This document shows positions 1 to 12,505 of a DNA stretch of 64,000 bases, piece after piece (position 1 is the stretch's first letter; each line of letters starts with the position of its first letter). Under the pieces are notes generated by a model, which saw nothing but the letters and a program-made list of their open reading frames with translations, searched no databases and had not been told where the DNA came from. The position numbers and the translations under genes were made by a program. The stretch lies in assembly GCA_904063045.1 (NCBI GenBank), contig CAJFCJ010000006.1, positions 2,780,946 to 2,844,945 of the forward strand, read 5' to 3'. Origin of the DNA: Dimorphilus gyrociliatus. Lineage: Eukaryota; Animalia; Annelida.

Positions 1-431
1 CTCAATTTTTATACTAATTGGTTCATTTAAAGGATCATATTCAAGAAAGATCTTACAAATATGTATATACTGTATATATTCCTTCTTACTTTGATAATGT
101 TATTGTACTTCCCAAGAGTGTTTTTTTAGTATCGGGAATTTTCGCAGATTTCATCTTCCCTATTAAATTTTCTAAGGCGAAATTATTTACTAAACAAATA
201 AAAAGGAAGAGATGATAATTATTTTAAAAGAAAAATTCCTTATTTTATAATTCTTACTAACTGTAATTGAGGCCTTTCTCCGTTACTCTTACTCTTATTC
301 CTGGTCTTACATCAGCCAAGACGGCTAAGGAATGTTTTTTTCACAAGGTCAATATATAATAAATTATATAAACTCTATAAAAACTTACCACAAAAAGAAA
401 TAATGAGAACGAATAGAATTTTGTTATTCAT
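1..431 (-). CDS. LBP/BPI (lipopolysaccharide-binding / bactericidal permeability-increasing) family protein, 5' part only; the gene runs off the window
   Basis: Not in the ORF track. The spliced minus-strand model from ATG 431 reads MNNKILFVLIISFC|AVLADVRPGIRVRVTEKGLNY|INNFALENLIGKMKSAKIPDTKKTLLGSTITLS. This is a signal peptide followed by the PGI.VR.T.KGL.Y hallmark of the BPI/LBP N-terminus. Introns are GT-AG (gtaagt, gttagt, gtaaga). Confidence 0.8.
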
Positions 432-871
432 TTTCTTTTCTTCAACGAATTTCGATCTCTCTACTTTTCCAACCTCTACCAAGACCGATTTGAAGAGTAT
501 AGCCGACTGCCTGAACCTTAAATGTGTTTTGTTGGCGGTATCAGATTACCTCAATTTGACCCTGGCTCTTGTACAATGTAAAAAGTTCGATTTTTTTATG
601 TATAAATTGCGACGTAAACCTAATTAATACACGCCAGAAATGAAATATTTTCACTAATTACCTCTATTTAGTCATCTTATTTACATATTATATTTGAATG
701 TATTAGCTATTTTCTAATACAATATAATAGAGATATAGTAAAATATTGTTGATATGTTTGTTTGCATGTAGAAATAGTAAACACGGAAATTTTAATACGA
801 AAAAAAGACAGGAAGAGATTGAATGAATAGGGTGGAAAGGAAGAGAATGAATTATACACATTCACAAATAT

Positions 872-912
872 ACCTACATATCCATACATACATACATACA
901 TACATACATACA
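872..912. repeat. (TACA)n microsatellite
   Basis: Direct reading: tacatatccatacatacatacatacatacatacatacac. Confidence 0.9.
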
Positions 913-2272
913 CCACATACAGAGAAAGAAGGACATTTTGGGACCTTGTTGAAGGAAGCTTTGATTACAAACATATGTTATAGTTTATAATAAAAATTTT
1001 GTACTTAATTTAAGAAAAAAATGTATGTATACATTCAAAAGAAATTGCTATATGAGAATTTCTTGTAAATAAATGATTCATCAATTTTGGACCAAAAAGA
1101 AGTATTATTGATTCTCCTGTTATACTTTTTAATCAATATTTATTCCAATATAGCATAGTTTCAATTAATCAATTTTTAAATAAAGAATGGAAAAGCAAAT
1201 AGACTGATGGATAGGGCGTGCCTTAAATAGAACCATATGGAGAAGATATTGTTCTAAGCACCTTCTTCCCATTATCATGACTATTGTCATTTTAATTTTG
1301 CACTTTTTTTCCTCCTGAGATAAAGCTATTATTCATTTAAATATTTAATAGGTCGTAATATATACATGCGCATTTATATCATATAGATATCAATACCACT
1401 TGCATATTAGTTTATTAATATCTACGTTACGAGGCAGTTTGCCTCCATTAGAATAATGATAAGTAAATATTAACTGTTCCGGCCTAGTCCCGATGACCGA
1501 TAGATGGCGTAAATTCATTAATTCGACCGAGCTAGTCCTTTAATCAAAGATAAGACCGACTTAGTTTCTTTTTTAATTTGAATCTAGAACAGAGCATGAA
1601 ACGTAACTAATATAGTTGATATTAGTAATACATATAATACAATAAACTTTGAACTTTACACCTTCACTTAGTAAACGTTTAAAACAAAGTAATAATTTTA
1701 TCTCTTAAACTTAAGAAGTTAAGACACAGATAGTCAGAAAGAAAGAGAGCGGGAGAGAGAGAAGAATGAATAAATGAATAAATTATAAAAAGGCAACAAA
1801 GGAAAGTAGGGAAAAGGTGACTTTATAAATGTCTTTTATAGGTGTTTTCGAGATTGTAGAGTACGTTTGTTTATTTTCAAATAGGCTTTATTGTACATGT
1901 CTCTTCTAATGAAATCTAATATATAGGGCTAATGTTATTTAAAACGCACCAATTTCTTTAATTTTATTTTTCAAACTATACAGAATATGCAGTTATTTTT
2001 GAATAAATTCCAGTTAATCGCTCAAGTTAGGCGTTTAGAGATAATCAAGAGATCATTTATTTTTTAAAGTATGATAAGTTTCTTTCAGTAATCGCAAATA
2101 GCACGTAACAATTTCCTACCTTTATCATGGCACGTAATAAACAAATAATGAAAAAATAAAGATAATTAACAAAATATAAAATATGATTTTTCTTTTTTTT
2201 GTTTCTTCATTGGAGATTAAAGACATACTGGGTTGTGGGAGAGGGAAATGCAATATTAAGATTTTATAATGT

Positions 2273-3439
2273 TTATTGATAAGCAAATTCTTTCGTTGTG
2301 TCAGCGATAATATTTTGCTTTTCATATTTAGCGAACATTCTCATAAAAGCGGGTAAAATTGGCTCATCGCATATTCTTACTAAATCTGGGAAGGTCTTGC
2401 GGAATGCAGATGTTGCCATCTCCAGTCTATAATGTGGGATCTTTGAGAACATATGATGCATTTGGTGAGTTCCGATGTGGTGAATGGCTTTATGAACTAA
2501 ACCATAATGTCTATCGACAGTTTGTAATTGACCTTTAACAAAATCCCATTCGGAATCGTTGTACCAGGTTATACCCATTTCGTTATGGTGTAAAAAGGTA
2601 ATGATGACCATGTAACTGGCGAAAATGAAGAGAGGAATAAAGTAATATTTAAACCAGGCAGTAAATCCACCGAAAGTACTAAAGTGACAATATTGCAAAT
2701 AAATAGAAACCATGTTGAAGAGAAGAGTAATTACGCATGCCAATCTGTGGCCTTTAAACATGGGGTCCATAGGATTCAAGTGACAGACTGCTCTTGGAGC
2801 ATAGCCTCTTAAGACGTAACCGAACCATCCAATACCAAATCCGAATCCTGGAAGGACTTTACCTCCAGCACATGGTTCTGATTCTTTTACCGGGTAGAAA
2901 ACTTCATCCTTGTCAAAGTTGTTTGTGAATTTGTGATGGTGTTTATGAGACAATTTCCACATTGTATATGGAACCAGAATAAAGCTATGAATTATATTTC
3001 CTGCTAAATCGTTGAACCAGCCATGATGGCTAAAACTTTGATGTCCACAATCGTGTCCAAGAACGAAGATAGCAGTGAACAACGTTCCTTGAACAGCCCA
3101 ATACAAAAATACACAGGGCCAGTGTAACCAACCGGGTAGAAATACTTCAGAAGCTTTCATTAAAGCGTATGCAGCAGTCACCAAAAAGAAGTCTTGAAAC
3201 ACATAATACATTGACTCCTTAACTGTTGGATTGAAACAGGCCTTTGGAATCGCTTTTTTAATGTCAACAGCGGTAGGGAGTTTCTTGGGAAGGGGTTCAG
3301 TCAATCCTCTGGACTTGATCTTGGTGTGACTAGGAAAATCAGCATTTTGAGCATAGGTAATGAGTGCCTTACTCAACGCTCTCACAAAGAAGAAAGCACT
3401 TAATACAAAGTTGACACCAACAATTTCACTTAGTGCCAT
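2273..3439 (-). CDS. Methyl-end (omega-3 / delta-12 type) fatty acid desaturase, intronless, 388 aa
   Basis: Single ORF with three histidine boxes (HDCGH, HKHHH, HQMHH) and no cytochrome b5 domain. It also has the TFLHH and VDRHYG motifs typical of the FAD2/FAD3-like family. Confidence 0.93.
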   Translation of the reverse strand: MALSEIVGVNFVLSAFFFVRALSKALITYAQNADFPSHTKIKSRGLTEPLPKKLPTAVDIKKAIPKACFNPTVKESMYYVFQDFFLVTAAYALMKASEVFLPGWLHWPCVFLYWAVQGTLFTAIFVLGHDCGHQSFSHHGWFNDLAGNIIHSFILVPYTMWKLSHKHHHKFTNNFDKDEVFYPVKESEPCAGGKVLPGFGFGIGWFGYVLRGYAPRAVCHLNPMDPMFKGHRLACVITLLFNMVSIYLQYCHFSTFGGFTAWFKYYFIPLFIFASYMVIITFLHHNEMGITWYNDSEWDFVKGQLQTVDRHYGLVHKAIHHIGTHQMHHMFSKIPHYRLEMATSAFRKTFPDLVRICDEPILPAFMRMFAKYEKQNIIADTTKEFAYQ

Positions 3440-3838
3440 ATTCTGTTGGAGAAAAATTCAATAAATGACTATATATTTTTAAAATATTCCTTTTCGTCTT
3501 GGCTAGTTAAAATTTAAAAACGTGTCTTTACCACCTACTACTTAAATTTATCGTAATTTATTCAAAATGTACGAAAAAACTAAACCGATATTTCTTTTAT
3601 TTAAATAGACCTTCTATAGCTTTTTGACACGTGTAGAATAGAATACATAGTTTCGAATAAAAATTATTAGTAAACTAGTAATCCAATCTCAATAATTTGT
3701 AGATTAACTCACAACTTGAGGGAAATGTTCACTTACTCGTTCTCACCAACTTCTCAGATCAAAGTGGAATCAAGAAAAACTACGATTTTTCTACTTTAAT
3801 GAGAAGAAGTACCGGCGTACTCGTGGTTCCAGTCACGT

Positions 3839-3852
3839 CAGCGCATGCGCTG
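3839..3852. promoter_or_regulatory. NRF1-type palindrome CAGCGCATGCGCTG upstream of the desaturase
   Basis: Perfect 14-bp palindrome containing GCGCATGCGC, about 400 bp 5' of the desaturase ATG in a local GC-richer patch. A similar TGCGCATGCG lies at 63298-63307. Confidence 0.45.
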
Positions 3853-4893
3853 GAATCACGCCATAACCTTGAAACTCTAAAGGTTAAAATAAATTGCGTG
3901 GCTCCATCTGTCTTACATAATGTTCTTAAGTTACTGTTCTATATAAAACGAAATGAACAAAAAAATTAAAGTATTTAATGGGTTTATTTTGTCAATTTTT
4001 TCTAATTGCATATCTCAAAGACAAATGTGCAAATAATAAAAAAAGTCTTTTTATTATTACACAATTAATTAAAATATTTTTATTTCCAACTATAATAAAA
4101 TACATAACGTGTCTAAAGTACAAAGAATTTAACAGCCTGTTTTTTTATGACCTTGATCGAGACCTGAAAAAAAAATTAGATATTATTAATATCTCTAAAT
4201 AGATAAGATTGTCACAAAGCTCAATTTTTTTCATTACGACGTTCCAAAACGGTTTTCGTAGAAAAATGTGAAATTAAAAGTATTCCATCGAACAAAGTAC
4301 ATTACATAACTCTAAACCATAAAGGAAGAAAAGGGGATAAACGTGTTAAGGTAATACCTTTAAAAAACTAAAATCCTAATAAAAAAGGTAATAAACTTAA
4401 ATAAATATATGTACATTAACAGTCCATTTAAATTAATGTCAATAAACAAACATAGAGTGGACCTTATATACTATATAAAGGTTGAATATTGACATATATA
4501 GTACAGTATATTACGTGTTTAATTTTAGATTTTAAAGAAGAGCTATCATAATTCCGATAGAAAACTAATAATATATACAACATATAAAGTACACAAGTAT
4601 GTACAAATCTTCAATAAGAATAGCTTTTAATGATTTTGCAGTTGTAAATACCACATTGAACACTGTTGTAAGAACCTCATAATGAGAAACTGCACTTGCT
4701 CTAAATTAAGGATGTTTTTCTAGTTTTAAAAATAAGTTTATATTATATCTTGATATTACTAATTAACTCTTAATGCTCTTTGTCACCTCCTTTACTCCTC
4801 CTCCGAGAAAAAACATGTTTTTTAATATTAAAGCTAATATTTTAAAAGAATGATATTCTTTTAAGATATCTAACAACAACAAAAGTTATATTA

Positions 4894-6505
4894 TCACCTT
4901 GATCTTCTTCGCCTGTCATAAGATCTACTCCTTCGCCTTCTTGAATGCCGATCTGGAGACGATCTCCTCCTTCTGTATCTGTCCCTTGAACGTGATCTGG
5001 ATCTTGATCTAGATCTGCTTGATGAGTATCCCCTTCGTCGACTTCTTTTACGATCTCTCGACCTCGATCTTGATCGACTCCGATATGACGACGAAGACGA
5101 TGATGAAAGATGGGATGATCTTCGAGAATTCCTTGAAGTACGATTTTTATCAGAAGACCTTTCCGTTACCTTCTCGTCATCATCAAGCTTGTACTTGGAT
5201 AAGTCACCGTCGTCATCCTTTTCAATCGAAAAGTTGAAATAAAAATTTTGTAAAAAAAATACAATGAAAGACTCACTGAATCGTCATCTAAAACGTATTT
5301 TGAAATGTCGCCCTCGTCTGCGGAAATAAATATTCGTTCGAATGATGAAAAAAATCACTTAAAATATAATAAAACAAACCGCTATCGTCATCTTCATCAC
5401 CATCAGCACGACCACTCTCTCCTGAGTCCTTCTTGGTCACAGCAGATACTCTATATTCTTTTTTTTTTCTCCCAAACTAAATATATGATAGGTGAATCTC
5501 TCGATCAAACTACAAGCACATTCATTACCGATACCTCATCATACTCATTATCCTCATCTTTGTACTCTTTGTATTCTACCACCTCGTCACGTTCCATGAA
5601 ACCGCCACCGTAGCCTGTCACGAAATGTCGTTACTTAGAAAGACGATACCCTCTCTAAAAGTCTCTTACCAGTTCTCTTTTCCACTTTACCATGTTTAGG
5701 TGCGTTGCAAATGTTGCAGGCATTTCGTCTGGCCCAATTAATATTGCCACAACTAAGAAATTATTCAATTATGTTGGTAAGTTTTCATTTGTCCTAATTT
5801 CATAATGAATGAAATTGACAAAGCATCTTTCCATTCGCTATGAAATTTTAATATTTTTTGGGAGGTTTTTGCAGAAATTGTTTCCCACCACATAAAATAC
5901 ATCACATTAATTTTTTGCTTTTAAAGAACCAGATAATCAAAAAAAATTTATCCATCCTTAGGTTTTAAGGTATTTCTTAACTTAAAAATAGTTAGAATTA
6001 TTGAACAAGTTGGCTTATCTTATTGTTGTAAAACTAAAAAAACGAATTCAATAGCTTTAAAGTAAGTTTTTATGCTATGAAGAAAGCTAAATTCTCGAAG
6101 ATATCCTATGCCTAAACCGTTTTAGAAAGTTTTGTTTTAGTACGGTTAAGGTATTTCGCAATAAAGTTGTGGTATTAAAATAACAAAAATCCTTTTCGGG
6201 TGTGGAAATTCAAACAGTAAATTTTTTTACGTTTTGCATTGCCAATCATCAGCTGAAAAAAGGCCTTTGCTCTTTTCAGCTATGTTCTTTCCGATCTCCA
6301 TTCCGCCTTTCTGATATACTTCACCGTCCATTCGGCTTCTACCACAGCGATTACATTTTTCCCGTTTAGAAAAATTTACGTTACCACATCTATTTGATAG
6401 ATTACATTATCATTCTGCATCTGTTTTTCAAATAACTTACTTCTTATCCCCACAAATCCAATCGCCAGCATTTGGCTGAAATTTCTTAGAGCTGTAGTCG
6501 GCCAT
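4894..6505 (-). CDS. ZRANB2: Zinc finger Ran-binding domain-containing protein 2 (splicing factor)
   Basis: Not in the ORF track. Spliced model: MADYSSKKFQPNAGDWICGDKK|CGNVNFSKREKCNRC...AEKSKGLFSADDWQCKT|CGNINWARRNACNICNAPKHGKVEKRTG|YGGGFMERDEVVEY...|FGRKKK..., followed by an acidic region and RS domain ending RRRSR* (TGA 4894-4896). Two RanBP2 zinc fingers. Confidence 0.95.
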
Positions 6506-6717
6506 TTTCAAATTATATAAGCGAGGTATTGGGGTGTCAAGCGATACGCATTGAAAACTTTCAACACTGAATACGGTTCCCGACTATGCACTATTTTTTA
6601 CGATTGCACGATGTAAAATCTCTACACCATTACAGTATTTGTTTGTCTAAAGAAAATAAAAAGTTGGTTTTGTTAAAATGTTTAGGAAAAGATAATTAAG
6701 ATAGATAGATCAAAGTT

Positions 6718-9700
6718 ATGGAAGCCCGAAAAAGAGTAAAAGAACGGTTGGAAAACTTGACTAAACTTTATGATGAAAGGAAAATAGTTGCCTCTTCGAA
6801 AGCGAGTGCAATTTCTTTTTTTTCAACGAGATTTTGGTTATTTATTATTCTATTTAATTGTGCATTTTTGGTACTTGCACATATATGCAGCCATTCATAC
6901 CCGGAAGCAAAAACGTTGCAATCAGGAAGTGCTGGGGAATTTATTGAAGAAGTGGCTAGAAATCATTTAATCAATATAACCGCCATTGGGGTTCGCACAG
7001 TGGGAAGTACGGAAAATGAAGAAATAACTGTTGATTATTTCTTAACTATTTTGAAAAAAATTAAAGAAAATGCTTCTAAAGTCCATGACATAGAAATTAT
7101 TTCAGAGAGATGCTCAGGTTCTTTTTTTATAGATGCTTTTGGAACTAGTTTTGGTATTGCATATGAAAATGTGAACAATATAGCTGTTCGAATTAGACCT
7201 AACACAGGAGCTAATCATGACCTTTTAATAAACTGTCATTACGATAGTCAAATTGGAACACCCGGTGCAAGCGATGATGCAGTCTCCTGTTCAATTATGT
7301 TAGAAGTGCTACGAGTACTTAGCGAGTCTAATGAAAGACTTGAATATGGGGTTATTTTCTTGTTTAATGGAGCCGAAGAAACAATTTTACAAGCTAGCCA
7401 TGGATTTATAACCCAACATAGTTGGGCTAAAAGTGTTAGGGCTTTTATTAATTTAGAAGCTGCAGGAGCCGGTGGAAGGGAACTGTTGTTCCAAGCTGGT
7501 CCTGGAGCTCCCTGGCTTTTGGACACCTACGCTAAAAATGCGCCTCATCCCTTTGCCTTTGTATTGGGACAGGAACTTTTTCAAGCTGGTATTATACCTG
7601 CCGATACAGACTTTCGTATATTTAGAGATTTTGGGGAGTTATCCGGTATTAAAGTCATATTCAAATAAGCAAATTAGTCATTGACTTGAGTTTTTTTTCA
7701 TTTATTAGGCTTAGATATGGCTTACATTCACAATGGTTATGTCTATCATACAGCCTATGATGAACCAAAAAGAATTCCTAAAGGCTGTATCCAGAGAAGC
7801 GGTATGAAATATAAAAATAATAATTCATTCGACATAATTAAACAAATATATTAATCTTATTTAACTTTTTGACAGGAGAAAACTTATTGGCAATTGTAAA
7901 GGCGATAGCAAATTCACGGTATCTTGCCAAACCATCAGCTTTCAAAAAAGACTCCCTGGTTTTCTTCGATGTATACGGTTTCTTTATGATAACTTATCCA
8001 TCTTCTTTCGGACTGGTTTTGAATTGCGCTGCATGCGCAATAGTTATATTTGGCGTAATAAGTAAAATAATTCTAAATCAAGGTTGGTATGTTAAGAAAA
8101 TGGCTATACACTCAATCTCTTTAATCCTTATTATAACTTTTAGACAAAAAATATACAAAACTATTTGTTATTGGTTTTTCAACTCAATTTCTAGCTCTAA
8201 TCTTTACTTTGTCAATATGCCTTCTAATTGCTCATATTTTGACAAACATAGGAAAAACTCTAACATGGTATACAAACTCTTGGCTAATCATTCGTCAGTA
8301 TTTTAATATCTTTAAGAATGAAATTAAAATATTAACTTGCTTTTCCTTTATTGTAGCTCTATATGTATGTCCGGCTATATCAGCGCTGACAATGACACAC
8401 TTTGCTTCAAAGCAACTCATCTCAAAAAATGTAAGATTTCTTAAATGGTTTATGACTATTATTTAATTAGGAAAGTTATTTTTAGACGAATAATTATCAA
8501 ATGGAAGAAGCTGTTTTTGAGGCAACAACGTTTCTCTTTACAATACCATTATTCGCTACGACTCTTCTTAGGTAATGCAGTATACATGATTAGTCATTCA
8601 AGTAGCAATCCTATTTATATGTTGTAAAGTGATATATCTTGATGAAATCTTTTCTCTAAACATCTATGTATCTCTACTCTCTTCCCGCTTACTAAATGCT
8701 TAATTTTTCGCTATTCTCAGATTTGATTCATCAGCTATTCTATTGCTAACAATTGTACCCCCCCTTGTGGTTAAGATTCATGGTAGTGCTTTCGTTACAA
8801 ATCAAACTGGTCAGTAGTTGTAAGAAGTTACAAATCCAACTTAGGTTTCATTCTTTAATAGGTAATGGTAACAGTAAGGAATTATTAAAACGAATATGTG
8901 CCTTGCACATTTTATCAACGTTAATTCCGGTTTGCCTGATCATTTATATTGAATATGTTATATTTTCCTTTTTCGTGCCGTTATTTGGACGATCTGGAGA
9001 TATGATTTCACCAGAGTACGTTATTGCTTTTTTAGCAGGCTTCTTTACATACTACACATTCAGCTATCAGGTTGAGCAATTTATTACAAAATAGAATGTC
9101 GTTATTAAATATTTGTATTTGTTTCAAGATGTCTCTGATATATCTAACCAAGGGTGCACTTAAGTTGCCCTTAACCTTGATGGGAGTTTTTGGATTTGGA
9201 TGCTTTCTGATATTCTTTACACAATTGGGATCGCCATTTTCAATGGATACTGAAAATCCTTCGATTCAACGTTTAATTATTCAGGTTTAATCAAATTACT
9301 TGGTAAATAACGAATTAATCAAAAAGGTAAAAATTTCCAGCATTCATCGATTGAGGATCATAGAGAAAATTCAAGCCTTTTTAATAAAACTGGATTCTGG
9401 GTTAGCCCATTGGACTACCATAGCTCTGAAAATATGTATAAACTTCCTATGCTTGATGGAGCGTTACCTGTAACTTGTAATGAAGAGCAACCGTATTGCG
9501 GATTGCCTTTCTATCTTCCGACGAAACATATAATTAAAAATACTTTTTGGATCAATGGGAATAAACCAGCCTTTAAGCACTCAATTCACCTTGAAAACTG
9601 GAAAACAGTTCAAGAGGACGGGGCAACGAAATTGTTTTTCAAACTAACTGGTTAGATAATTTATTTTAATTAGCAATTATACGTAATTCCCCTTTCTATT

Positions 9701-10058
9701 GAAAAATTTATTACCAATAGGTTCCGATCGAAGAGTGATAATGCTACGTACTAAAACTGGCGTTGAACTGACTGGCTGGTCCATTTCAGGTGAAAAAAAA
9801 CCAGCAATTAATAGTGATAGCAAACATTACTTTATATTTTACGCTTATGGTAAAAAACCAAGCAAACCATTCGAATTTTGGTGCAAGTTTAAAAACAATT
9901 CAAAGTTGATTGACAAATTTGTTGATATTGCCATTGCAAGTCATGACATACTAGACGAAAAGAGCTTCTCTACATCACTGACGATGCTAGTAAACACTTT
10001 ACCAGAAGTGATATCACCTATGATAGTTTCATCTGATTTACACTTATACTCTTTCTAA
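6718..10058 (+). CDS. ERMP1: Endoplasmic reticulum metallopeptidase 1 (M28 family), multi-exon
   Basis: M28 motifs NCHYDS, GASDDAVSCSIMLEV, FLFNGAEE, NLEAAGAGGRELLFQ and IPADTDFRIFRDFG. Later exons encode multiple TM segments and CxxxxPYCGLPFYLP. Stop TAA at 10056-10058. Confidence 0.93.
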
Positions 10059-10385
10059 GCAAAGATTCCAATAATATTCAGCACAGTATTACAAGAAAAT
10101 TGTTGACATTTATATTAGCACTTCAAAATCTCACGTACATTGTCGCAAAAAAAGATTAATTCTATGCAGCTTCAATAAGGCTTAAAATAGGATTATAAAA
10201 TTGACAATCAGTATTTAATTATCTTATATTTATTTATTGCTGAGAGAAGATATTCCTTTTTTGTTGTTTAGTAAAATTAAAATTAATTAATTCTAATTCT
10301 TTGTTGTGTCTATTATCTATTATTCGTTAGGCAAGTATTTATATATTATTATTATTACACGGAATACAAAACGAAACAAAAAACT

Positions 10386-12505
10386 TTAGTTCTTAAGTGT
10401 GACATAATCTGCAAAATACTTTTCCAATATTTCATCACTATTGTCGAGTAAAGTTTCAAATTTTCCCTGATTCTTCACTGTATCGAAAGAGTCATTAGCA
10501 ATATATACATCTTGATCATGAATAGGTTTTAGCATCTTTTTTCTAACATTACACCAATCAAAATTCTTTTTCCAGAAGAATTTATGACTATAGTATGGAA
10601 ATGCCTCTTTAAAATACGATATTGAGTATGTTTCAGGATCTGGAATGGAATCCTCACGTTTGGCAAGAATTCTAGCAAAAAATTTTGTAAGGCGGTTAAC
10701 TACTAATTTTCCCGATTCTAAAGTTTTCCAATAGTCGTAGTATCTATCATTACTGTCTATAACAAGTAGAAATGAAGTGGTTCTTTCTCGTTTTCCGGAC
10801 GTGTGCCTCGTTGACGACGAACCGTTTTGGTTATGCTCATCTTTTTCGTCTTTTAAACGGATAAAAGTGATTTTTTGTGCTGGTAGATCAGTTTTTACGA
10901 TGGTTAAACTATCAGGCCACCAAGATTCGTTATAACGCAGAATGATTTGTGTTCTTTTACTTGTTTTTAATGATTGCATGGCAAGCTTATAATTATCGTA
11001 TTTGAATGAATTTGACCATTTTATATCGGCCAAAGAACTTTTCGGTATTGCTAGAATGAGTTTCTTTGTACAAGATGAATGAGTCAACTGTAGAATAGTA
11101 TGATTTTTTATATATAGATATATTTAAAACACAGCCTATTCTTACCGAATGCCTTTTCAATTCGCCATTTTCAGTCTTTGTAACAGAAAATTTCAATCGA
11201 AAAATACCATTCGTCTTTTCTATAGAATCCAACTTATGATAATTAAACGTTTGACTTTTAGAGTGAGAATGAAAGAAAAAATAACATAATGAATGAAAGT
11301 AATAATACATGAATATTAAAATAGTACGTTTTGTTGGCTTCAGTCAGTAACCTGGCCGCTAAATTTTCAAGTCGATCAGCATTAATACAATTAGAGAAAT
11401 CATGTTCTAAATCTTCTAATAGATATCCCAAACTACTCATAAGATCTGGAGCATTATCAGCCCAAATGTCATTTAAACAATTAAGACCGTCACTAGAAGC
11501 GTATCCCCTAAGACCATTGACAAATCTAAATATGTAAATAAATACATATAATAGTAATCTACAGAATTTATTTTTGAAAACTCACTCTGCTTTTAGTAGA
11601 ATTTCTTTATCCGCATCTTCAAGTGAACAAAGATTATTTATCTGCGATTTATTGATTTTATGACCGATTATACTTTCGGCATAAAATCTGTATCGAAATG
11701 AAACAAGTTTGTATGTTAAAAATATATTTACATTGGGAATTAGAAAGCTTTTATTTACTTTCTCAAGTTATCAGGATTTAATCCCTTCTCTTTATCATCA
11801 ACAAAATATGGTAAATGGCTATTATTTCTTTGTTTTTCAGTTTTCAAGCTATTTCTTAAGAAATAAAACACCCTATTCCTTTTAATAATTTCGGGTTTCA
11901 AGTCAAAGTGCTTTAATAATTTAGAATATTTCAAGTTTGATTTTGAGAGAGATAAATTATCCAAGATACAATTTGCTATTTTCATCTCTTCTTTTCGCTT
12001 ATTTAATAATAATCTTCCACCAAAATTTTCTGCCATTTCGTATAAATGAACCGTTTTCATTGTATTTCTCAACATCCATGCAATATAGGAACCGGCTAAG
12101 CCACCACCGATTATTGTTAAATCTGGGCATGCGTCCTTATCTCCATAACTAATGTAATGCGACTTGGGCCTTTCAGCTTGATATACTATTTATTTATTTA
12201 TTTTAATTAATTTTTTTTTAAAAAAAAAAGATAAAGCAATAAAAAAAATGCTTATACCCACCGACTACGATAAGGACGATAACTGTTGCTATAATGAAGC
12301 TTCCTGTTACAACCAGAAATAATTTTGCTCTCTTACCACTAAAAAAGAAATAAAAAAACAATATATTTGTAATTATATTAAAAACAATGAAAAATGATGA
12401 AGAATGCAGAAAAATTTACCCCCATCTATCTGTCTTAGGCCTACTTTCGAATTGACGATTCTTATCCGAGAAATTATTTATGTCCATTTTATCATAGACT
12501 TCCAT
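10386..12505 (-). CDS. FAD-dependent amine oxidase / L-amino-acid oxidase-like protein with an N-terminal signal anchor (about 7 exons)
   Basis: Spliced model: MEVYDKMDINN...RWG|GKRAKLFLVVTGSFIIATVIVLIVV|AERPKSHYISYGDKDACPDLTIIGGGLAGSYIAWMLRNTMKTVHLYEMAENFGGRL... It has the GxGxxG dinucleotide fold and ExxxxxGGR motif. Later exons (LILAIP, YNESWW..TDLP) resemble the achacin/aplysianin-type LAAO family. The frame is continuous across GT-AG introns. Confidence 0.72.
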
